Shown here: piece after piece, positions 1 through 5,390 of the stretch
How the letters are laid out: the number at the start of each line of letters is the position of its first letter
Position numbering within the stretch: the stretch's first letter is position 1
IMG/VR virus record: IMGVR_UViG_3300045988_177154
Coordinates: 96,001-160,000 of that record
DNA length: 64,000 nucleotides
Origin: a virus
Reading direction: 5' to 3' (one strand)
The notes under the pieces: model-generated
Databases searched by the model: none
Seen by the model: the letters and a program-made list of their open reading frames with translations, nothing else
Told to the model about the DNA's origin: nothing
Translations under genes and position numbers: made by a program

Positions 1-54
1 GGACTGTAAATCCGCCCTCTTTCGAGTTCGGGGGTTCAAATCCCTCGGGGCCCA
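1..54 (+). tRNA. tRNA-Tyr(GUA), 5' part cut by window edge
   Basis: Anticodon loop ctGTAaa at 4-10; long variable arm; T-arm ggggg-ttcaaat-ccctc; 3' acceptor strand ggggccc plus discriminator A54. No encoded CCA. Confidence 0.75.
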
Positions 55-78
55 TTTTTATTTTATATTAACTATTTA

Positions 79-150
79 TCGGGGTTCGACTAGTGGTTAG
101 GTCACAGCTCTTTCACAGCTGTAGCGCGGGTTCAAATCCCGTACCCCGAA
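79..150 (+). tRNA. tRNA-Glu(UUC) copy 1
   Basis: Acceptor tcggggt/accccga fully paired; D-arm gac-tagtggttag-gtc; anticodon arm cagct-ctTTCac-agctg; T-arm gcggg-ttcaaat-cccgt. No CCA. Confidence 0.85.
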
Positions 151-169
151 TTACAAAAGGAATTATATT

Positions 170-277
170 ATGAATGAATTATTACTTGAAGAATTACTAG
201 AACAATTAGAAAATAAAGGAATTGATATATCCAAGTTAAATATTCAAGAAATAACTGATGAAGATGATTTCTTTTAA
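170..277 (+). CDS. small acidic hypothetical protein (35 aa, MNELLLEELLEQLENKGIDISKLNIQEITDEDDFF)
   Basis: ATG 170 preceded by aaaagg. Open to TAA 275-277. Lies between the two tRNA-Glu genes. Below the ORF-track cutoff. Confidence 0.3.
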   Translation: MNELLLEELLEQLENKGIDISKLNIQEITDEDDFF

Positions 278-286
278 TAAAATTTA

Positions 287-358
287 ACACCGTTCGTCTA
301 GCGGTTAGGACGCTGCCCTTTCACGGCGGAAACACGGGTTCGAGTCCCGTACGGTGTA
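287..358 (+). tRNA. tRNA-Glu(UUC) copy 2
   Basis: Acceptor acaccgt/acggtgt; D-arm gtc-tagcggttag-gac; anticodon arm ctgcc-ctTTCac-ggcgg; T-arm acggg-ttcgagt-cccgt; discriminator A358. No CCA. Confidence 0.85.
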
Positions 359-690
359 TTGGCATTTAGTAGGAGTTGTAAATGACTTCTATGATAAGGA
401 AAGGGTCAAACTAAGCACGTGAATGATTGTTTGAGGCTCGGTAAAATAATGGATTTAAAATTCCAGTTGCAAATGGAAATTTAAAAAAGTTATTGCGCTA
501 AATGGTGAGTTTAAATCTCCCAATGCCTGTTATTTAAGATAAGATTTATCTTATCCTAAATATAAAAATGACAGTTAAGACATTTTAAATACCTATATGG
601 GTAATCTTGATATAAAATTTAACGAGTCACAAAGAATAAATACGATTTGATTGGCTTGCAAATCATTACAATTTAGGAGTTATTTTATTT

Positions 691-1590
691 ATGAATAAAA
701 TTAAATTATTAAGTGTTTTAACTTTATCTACCGTAGTTTTGGGTGCCTGTTCTTTGTTACCTAAATCAACAGAAAATAAAACTGAAACAACTGAACAAGT
801 AACAACTACTAGTAAAGAAGATTCAGTTAAAGAGAAAGTCACAAAGGATGCTACAGTTCTTTTAGATTCTGTCTTAACTACAGATAATGCTAAATTTAAG
901 AAAGTTTATGGGGAAACCTATGACAAATGGACTGATGCAATTATTGCCGTTCAAACTAGTGAAAAAATTAAGGAAGATGGTCTTACTCCAGCTTCTGAAT
1001 ATTCTGTACAATGGGTAAAAGATTTTCCAATTGAAACACCAGAAGAAACAATTTCTAACTTCCTTAAAGTAAGACGAAATCTCTTTCAGAAAATTGTAAA
1101 TTACAATATTAAAGATGTTGTAATTGATGATTCGGGAAATACTGCAACTGTTACATTTACATCTAAGAAGTTACATTCTCTTGGTTTAGCCTCATCAGTA
1201 AGAACAGTTCTAACTGAACTAATTGGGGGAATTGATAACCTCGGTAAATATAACCAAGCAGGTTCTTCTGAAACCGTTAAACGTTATCAAAACTTACTTT
1301 CTTATTGGATTTTCCGTCACTTATACAAACATGACTTTGCCATTTACTCTAATGTTGATGCTAACTTATCTCATGTTCCATTTACAAAAGGTGAATTTGA
1401 CACTGAGATTAAACTCACAAAGGATAAAGATGGCAATTGGGTGATTTCTCAAGATGATTATAAGACTTTGCTATCAGAATTGGTAGATAGAACTGAAGGC
1501 TATGATACAATAGACCGTTCAGGACTTCCTAATAAGAAAGCAACTGACTCATCTGAAACATCTACAGACAAAGATAAATCAAAAATTTAA
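691..1590 (+). CDS. putative lipoprotein
   Basis: 299-aa ORF with aggag upstream. Signal peptide with lipobox LGAC (MNKIKLLSVLTLSTVVLGAC-S). No catalytic motif recognised. Confidence 0.8.
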   Translation: MNKIKLLSVLTLSTVVLGACSLLPKSTENKTETTEQVTTTSKEDSVKEKVTKDATVLLDSVLTTDNAKFKKVYGETYDKWTDAIIAVQTSEKIKEDGLTPASEYSVQWVKDFPIETPEETISNFLKVRRNLFQKIVNYNIKDVVIDDSGNTATVTFTSKKLHSLGLASSVRTVLTELIGGIDNLGKYNQAGSSETVKRYQNLLSYWIFRHLYKHDFAIYSNVDANLSHVPFTKGEFDTEIKLTKDKDGNWVISQDDYKTLLSELVDRTEGYDTIDRSGLPNKKATDSSETSTDKDKSKI

Positions 1591-1641
1591 TTTAAAAATT
1601 ATAGAGAGTAGAACATCTTAAAAGATGTTTCCTCTCACTTT

Positions 1642-1730
1642 GGAGCGGTACCCAAGTGGCTAAAAGGGGGCGGTCTTGAAAACCGTTAGGTCGTTAATTC
1701 GGCGCGTGGGTTCGAATCCCACCCGCTCCG
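1642..1730 (+). tRNA. tRNA-Ser(UGA)
   Basis: Acceptor ggagcgg/ccgctcc; anticodon loop ctTGAaa; long variable arm; T-arm gtggg-ttcgaat-cccac; discriminator G1730. No CCA. Confidence 0.9.
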
Positions 1731-2577
1731 TTATATAGGAAGCTTGTAGTTGTCTGTGACCATCAAGCACAAACCGGCGTTACTCAAAAGGGAACGTTTG
1801 TAGTAATGTGAAAAGCATTACGATAGGTTTGGTACTATAATTAAATATAAATCCAAAAGTGCATTTTTCCGTTGGTTTGATGCCTGGCGTTATACAGTTC
1901 GCTTGCAGGTGTAAGAATGAACGAATGATTCAGAAAATAACTTGTTATTGGACGGAATCATCACGTTGGGAATTGAAAACTTAGTCGTGATGCTATAGTA
2001 ATATAGCTATAAAACGGATATGAATGGCTGGTTCGCTAAAGACTAGAATAGGAAATCTAAACAGTCCTTACGGTTGTGTGGTAACAGTCCACACCAATTC
2101 ATAAAGGTTATTGTCGGCCAACAATAATCGAATTGTCGCATAATAAATCTTGACTATATTAAGTTGTAGGTGGTGTCCTACTTTATGGCGGAATAAGTTC
2201 ATCGGCTTAACGCATGATAGCATGACATTCAAAAGATGTTCTGAGAGGCGATTGCTTCAAAGTGTTATCAGTACTTATATAGGTAGAGATTAGTGCAAGT
2301 CTAGGATTCTAATACAGAGAACGAATTGCATATGAGTGTAATTCCAAGCTCAAGTGTTGAATGAGGTTGATGTCATGAAAGTGACTATAAGAATTTGCTA
2401 GACAAACGCTGTAAGAAATCCTCACGCAGTAAAAGATATGGTATCTTTGATGATAAAGATATTAAATTTACTGACCAAGATGTGGTGAACCTTTGGGGTA
2501 TCAATCCTCACTTCGTGACTGAATATGGACGTTTAATTGTAGTTGTCAGTAAAAACTAAATCTGGCCCTATATTTTA
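1731..2577 (+). ncRNA. large ORF-free structured RNA candidate A (GOLLD/ROOL-class ornate RNA or novel)
   Basis: 847 nt exactly filling the gap between tRNA-Ser and tRNA-Thr. No ORF of 60 aa or more on either strand. Visibly more G+C than flanks. GNRA-capped hairpins at 1992-2007 (gtaa) and 2372-2385 (gaaa); other helices at 1803-1821, 2076-2094, 2108-2127 and 2166-2181. The ends can pair (1733-1739 atatagg with 2567-2573 cctatat). Confidence 0.5.
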
Positions 2578-2650
2578 GCTGGAGTAGCTCAATTGGTAGA
2601 GCACCCGCCTTGTAAGCGGAAGGTTGCAGGTTCGAAGCCTGTCTCCAGCA
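2578..2650 (+). tRNA. tRNA-Thr(UGU)
   Basis: Acceptor gctggag/ctccagc; D-arm gctc-aattggta-gagc; anticodon loop ctTGTaa; T-arm gcagg-ttcgaag-cctgt; discriminator A. No CCA. Confidence 0.8.
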
Positions 2651-3060
2651 TACTCTATAATAGATGTAATTATAAGAGTTCCTGAAAAATCAATGACTCA
2701 TGTAGGTTGTCATGAATTTACATGAATAGATTTCAATGTTGGTTTATCTGTAATCCGAAGCATGAATAAAACAGATTGTGGTCTTTGCTTTACCATATTA
2801 TTGTAAAGGTCAAAGCTTATCAGAAGTAATTCTGTAAAAAGTTGTTTCGATTGGAATTAGTGACTCCAATCTTTATCCATGAAATAACAAAAAATCATAA
2901 CTATTAAAGTTATGTGGCAGTTACGTTAGAGTATTGCTTGAAGTGTTGAAAATTAGAAGTTAGTGCCGAATTTCTAATCGTACTTCATTGATAGGGTTTT
3001 CGGTGGACACCGCGGGGCATAAGAAAACCGGCCAGTGAAATAAATGGTGTAATTAAAGAA
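2651..3060 (+). ncRNA. ORF-free structured RNA candidate B
   Basis: About 410 nt after tRNA-Thr with no ORF. Hairpins at 2652-2680, 2849-2871 and 2896-2914. Helix ggttttc/gaaaacc (2995-3029) encloses ggtggacaccgcgggg. The 3' boundary is uncertain; an AT-rich tract and a promoter follow. Confidence 0.4.
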
Positions 3061-3125
3061 ATTCTAAGATATGGCTTATAATTTCAAAAATTACTTAAAT
3101 TTTTTAAAAAATTTTAATTTTGATA

Positions 3126-3153
3126 TTGACAATAACTCAAATTTTGATATAAT
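3126..3153 (+). promoter_or_regulatory. sigma-A type promoter inside the tRNA island
   Basis: TTGACA 3126-3131, 16-nt spacer, TG-extended TATAAT 3148-3153 (ttTGaTATAAT). AT-rich UP-like tract upstream. Confidence 0.7.
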
Positions 3154-3287
3154 AGATACATAAAAACTTATAGGTTCTTAGTTTACCGAGAAAAATAAGG
3201 GTCTCCAAAACCTTAGAAATCAGTGCAAGTCTGATAGAGCCTGTTACAAATAAAAATTATTAAAAGAAAAAAGGAAGGTACGTAATC

Positions 3288-3410
3288 ATGACAACATTTA
3301 CAGTCGCACAAGATATTCATATGATTATTGATATGCAGCCGGCAGCCGGTACTGTAGTGCTTCGTCAAGCAAAAAATACCTTACAATCTAATAGTAGGAT
3401 TATAAGTTAG
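3288..3410 (+). CDS. small ORF / possible leader peptide (40 aa, MTTFTVAQDIHMIIDMQPAAGTVVLRQAKNTLQSNSRIIS)
   Basis: RBS aaggaagg 7-8 nt before ATG 3288; stop TAG 3408-3410. Its 3' part contains a copy of the downstream terminator arm. Confidence 0.35.
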   Translation: MTTFTVAQDIHMIIDMQPAAGTVVLRQAKNTLQSNSRIIS

Positions 3411-3438
3411 CATTCAGCTCAGCTTAATAAATCAAACT

Positions 3439-3470
3439 AAGATTGTAAGAAATTCCTTACAATCTTTTTC
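3439..3470 (+). terminator. intrinsic terminator / attenuator upstream of tRNA-Ala
   Basis: 11-bp stem aagattgtaag (3439-3449) / cttacaatctt (3456-3466), followed by a T-run. Arm sequence ccttacaatct is duplicated at 3379-3389, which allows an alternative pairing. Confidence 0.65.
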
Positions 3471-3479
3471 TAGCTATAT

Positions 3480-3550
3480 GGGGCATTAGTTTAATGGGAA
3501 AACACTACCCTTGCAAGGTAACGTTAGGAGTTCGATTCTCCTATGCTCCA
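3480..3550 (+). tRNA. tRNA-Ala(UGC)
   Basis: Acceptor ggggcat/atgctcc with G3:U70 (Ala identity pair); anticodon loop ctTGCaa; T-arm aggag-ttcgatt-ctcct; discriminator A. No CCA. Confidence 0.9.
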
Positions 3551-3575
3551 TTTCCATTAAGGAAATCATCATTAA

Positions 3576-3646
3576 GTGGACATAGTATAAGGGTAGTATG
3601 ACGGGCTTCCAACCCGTTGGTGCGAGTTCGAATCTCGTTGTCCATA
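3576..3646 (+). tRNA. tRNA-Gly(UCC)
   Basis: Acceptor gtggaca/tgtccat; anticodon arm acggg-ctTCCaa-cccgt; T-arm gcgag-ttcgaat-ctcgt. No CCA. Confidence 0.85.
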
Positions 3647-3649
3647 TAA

Positions 3650-3720
3650 GGCGAGGTAGTGAAAAGGTATAACGTTGGGCTCATAACCCAAAATTGTCGG
3701 TTCGAATCCGACCTTCGCAA
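3650..3720 (+). tRNA. tRNA-Met(CAU); initiator-like features, Ile2 not excluded
   Basis: Anticodon arm ttggg-ctCATaa-cccaa, with three G:C pairs next to the loop. 1:72 is a G.A mismatch (ggcgagg/cttcgca). T-arm gtcgg-ttcgaat-ccgac. U11:A24 is elongator-like, so the subtype is ambiguous. Confidence 0.8.
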
Positions 3721-3730
3721 TTTTAAATTA

Positions 3731-3804
3731 CTAGGTGTAGCGCAGTTTGGTAGCGCACGTGCTTTGGGAGCACGGGGCCGCAGGTTCGAATCCTGTCACC
3801 TAGA
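3731..3804 (+). tRNA. tRNA-Pro(UGG)
   Basis: Acceptor ctaggtg/cacctag with C1:G72; D-arm gcgc-agtttggta-gcgc; anticodon arm cgtgc-ttTGGga-gcacg; discriminator A. No CCA. Confidence 0.9.
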
Positions 3805-3845
3805 TAAAGCAATGATGAATTGCTTAAAGGAAAGGTTTTTATATT

Positions 3846-4025
3846 ATGACTAATTTGAAAAAATATATCTTATCTTTGATTATAGCATTTGTAATTACCA
3901 TTCCTATTGCAAGTGTTATTCTTACAATTATTTATGATACAGTAATCTTCTTGATTATCTCAACAATTATTTATTTTATTGTAATGACTTTAGTTATTAA
4001 AGGATTTAATTATGATAAAGATTAG
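3846..4025 (+). CDS. small hydrophobic membrane protein (59 aa, two predicted TM helices)
   Basis: RBS aaaggaaagg upstream of ATG 3846; stop TAG 4023-4025 abuts tRNA-Ile. Sequence MTNLKKYILSLIIAFVITIPIASVILTIIYDTVIFLIISTIIYFIVMTLVIKGFNYDKD. Confidence 0.5.
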   Translation: MTNLKKYILSLIIAFVITIPIASVILTIIYDTVIFLIISTIIYFIVMTLVIKGFNYDKD

Positions 4026-4096
4026 TGTCCGATGGTGAAATGGTATCACAAGCTGCTGATAACGGCTAGTTACAAGTTCAATTCTTGTTCGGACAA
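4026..4096 (+). tRNA. tRNA-Ile(GAU)
   Basis: Acceptor tgtccga/tcggaca fully paired; D-arm gtga-aatggta-tcac; anticodon loop ctGATaa; T-arm acaag-ttcaatt-cttgt. No CCA. Confidence 0.9.
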
Positions 4097-4107
4097 TACA
4101 ATATAAA

Positions 4108-4179
4108 TGCTTCTTAGTTTAATGGATATGACGCCGGACTACGAATCCGGAGATAAAGGTTCAATTCCTTTAGGAGCAA
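4108..4179 (+). tRNA. tRNA-Arg(ACG)
   Basis: Acceptor tgcttct/aggagca; anticodon arm ccgga-ctACGaa-tccgg; T-arm aaagg-ttcaatt-ccttt. No CCA. Confidence 0.85.
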
Positions 4180-4184
4180 TATAT

Positions 4185-4258
4185 TGGAGTATAGACAAAT
4201 TGGTAAAGTCACTGGACTTTGAATCCAGGTTTTGCTGGTTCGAATCCAGCTACTCCAG
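4185..4258 (+). tRNA. tRNA-Gln(UUG)
   Basis: Acceptor tggagta/tactcca with U1:A72; discriminator G; anticodon arm ctgga-ctTTGaa-tccag; T-arm gctgg-ttcgaat-ccagc. No CCA. Confidence 0.9.
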
Positions 4259-4270
4259 TTAATAAAATAT

Positions 4271-4343
4271 GGCTTCGTAGCAAAGTGGTTATTGCGCTGG
4301 CTTGTCACGCCAGAGGTCGGGGGTTCGATTCCCCTCGGGGCCG
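4271..4343 (+). tRNA. tRNA-Asp(GUC)
   Basis: Acceptor ggcttcg/cggggcc; anticodon arm ctggc-ttGTCac-gccag; T-arm ggggg-ttcgatt-cccct; discriminator G. No CCA. Confidence 0.9.
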
Positions 4344-4755
4344 TAACCCTGCCTAGGGGTAATACATAGTAGTAATACTATGAAAGGAAGTTTGACAAAC
4401 TTTCGCCTGTCTTATGATGGGTTAACTAGGCAATACATTTTCAAGTTGCTCAAAAGGCACATTATATAAGCATAATCAGTGAGAAACCTTGAGATAGTTT
4501 CAGGCATGGAATTGCTAACTTCTTGTGCTAGCTAATGGAAGTTAGATGTGCGAAATATAAGGAGAATGTAAGGATTAACAGTTAGAGTCTTAGCGGATAA
4601 TAGCGTAATCCATAACAATATTCATATGGTTGGCAAATCATTGTAAGTATTGTTGAATTTCAAAATCTTAGCGGATAGAGAAGTAATAAATTGGCGAGGA
4701 GCATTCCTTAGAACAAAATTTTATGGAACTCCGAGGCATAGCTCGTCAATGTCAA
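4344..4755 (+). ncRNA. ORF-free structured RNA candidate C
   Basis: 412 nt between tRNA-Asp and the tRNA-like gene, with no ORF. GNRA hairpin catagta-gtaa-tactatg (4365-4382). 8-bp helix ctaacttc/gaagttag (4515-4545). Internal 12-nt direct repeat tcttagcggata at 4588-4599 and 4666-4677. Confidence 0.4.
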
Positions 4756-4829
4756 AGGTGATTAGCTCATTTGGTAGAGCATATATTTTGAGGAATATAG
4801 GGTAATGGGTTCGATTCCCATATTACTAA
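4756..4829 (+). tRNA. non-canonical tRNA-like gene with 8-nt anticodon loop (identity undetermined)
   Basis: Canonical D-arm gctc-atttggta-gagc and T-arm atggg-ttcgatt-cccat; 5-nt variable loop. Acceptor aggtgat/attacta is weak (A1.A72 plus two G.U). Anticodon stem tatat/atata encloses the 8-nt loop tttgagga (4787-4794). Confidence 0.5.
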
Positions 4830-5179
4830 CGAAGCGAAAGTCTATGTCAGACTTAGAAAAAAAGAGCATTAACTCCATACAGATTTATTCTGAATATGGA
4901 AACAATAGAAGCTCGCAAGCAACTATTGTTTTAATCCAATGATTTCCGCAAACTTGAGCCGTACAACTTAGGTCTAACGAAATCGGGTTGAGTATCGCTA
5001 AGTCTTAATGGTAAAAGTATCGCCAGCAGGTTTGTAACTGCGAAAGATGAATGCTTAAGAGATACGATTAGGAATAATCGTGGATAAACAACTAAACAAT
5101 AAGGTTGTTAAAGACTCTTATTTAACGCTATAATCTCAGGCCGTTAACTTCTTATAGGGGAAGAGAAATCCTATTTTAT
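4830..5179 (+). ncRNA. ORF-free structured RNA candidate D
   Basis: 350 nt before tRNA-Val with no ORF. Helices tccata/tatgga (4874-4900) and aacaatag/ctattgtt (4901-4930, around a gcaa loop). GNRA hairpin acgatta-ggaa-taatcgt (5064-5081). Confidence 0.4.
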
Positions 5180-5251
5180 GCTCTGTTAGCTCAGGGGGAG
5201 AGCACTAGTCTTACAAACTAGATGTCATTGGTTCAAATCCAATACAGAGCA
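5180..5251 (+). tRNA. tRNA-Val(UAC)
   Basis: Acceptor gctctgt/acagagc; D-arm gctc-aggggga-gagc; anticodon arm ctagt-ctTACaa-actag; T-arm attgg-ttcaaat-ccaat. No CCA. Confidence 0.9.
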
Positions 5252-5306
5252 TTTCCTACATAAAACGCAAAATCGTTTATTGTAGTGCTTACGATGTAAG
5301 CATCTA

Positions 5307-5389
5307 GCGCCCGTGGTGGAATGGCAGACACGCTAGGCTTAGACCCTAGTGTCCGAAAGGACGTGAGAGTTCGAGTCTCTCCGAGTGCA
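5307..5389 (+). tRNA. tRNA-Leu(UAG)
   Basis: Anticodon arm ctagg-ctTAGac-cctag; long variable arm gtcc-gaaa-ggac; T-arm gagag-ttcgagt-ctctc; discriminator A. One C.A mismatch in the acceptor stem. No CCA. Confidence 0.85.
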
Positions 5390-5390
5390 T

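Noticed and set aside
2995-3029. T-box-riboswitch-like core ggtggacaccgcg inside block B
   Set aside because: It resembles the conserved T-box GGUGGNACCGCG, but it has one extra nucleotide. I found no stem I specifier or AG-bulge architecture. No terminator competes with it, and no aminoacyl-tRNA synthetase or amino-acid gene lies downstream. I kept it only as a hint that the block might touch tRNA 3' ends.
3155-3200. preQ1-I-like sequence aggttcttagtttacc...aaaaataagg in the leader
   Set aside because: The P1 stem cannot form (ataGG versus CCgag pairs only 2 bp), and the downstream context (small ORF plus tRNAs) does not fit queuosine regulation.
3659-3853. 64-aa ORF in the supplied track
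   Set aside because: It lies entirely across tRNA-Met and tRNA-Pro. Its reading frame comes from tRNA sequence, and it has no RBS.
4114-4308. 64-aa minus-strand ORF
   Set aside because: It is antisense to tRNA-Arg, tRNA-Gln and tRNA-Asp, so it is an artefact of tRNA sequence.
1731-5179. tmRNA, RNase P RNA, rRNA fragments or additional hidden tRNAs in the ORF-free blocks
   Set aside because: There is no tRNA-like acceptor/T-arm pair (no further gttcgaatc/ttcaaat T-loops), no RNase P P4-type aggaaagtcc signature, and no recognisable rRNA segments. Group I/II introns cannot be excluded by eye, but the blocks do not interrupt any gene.
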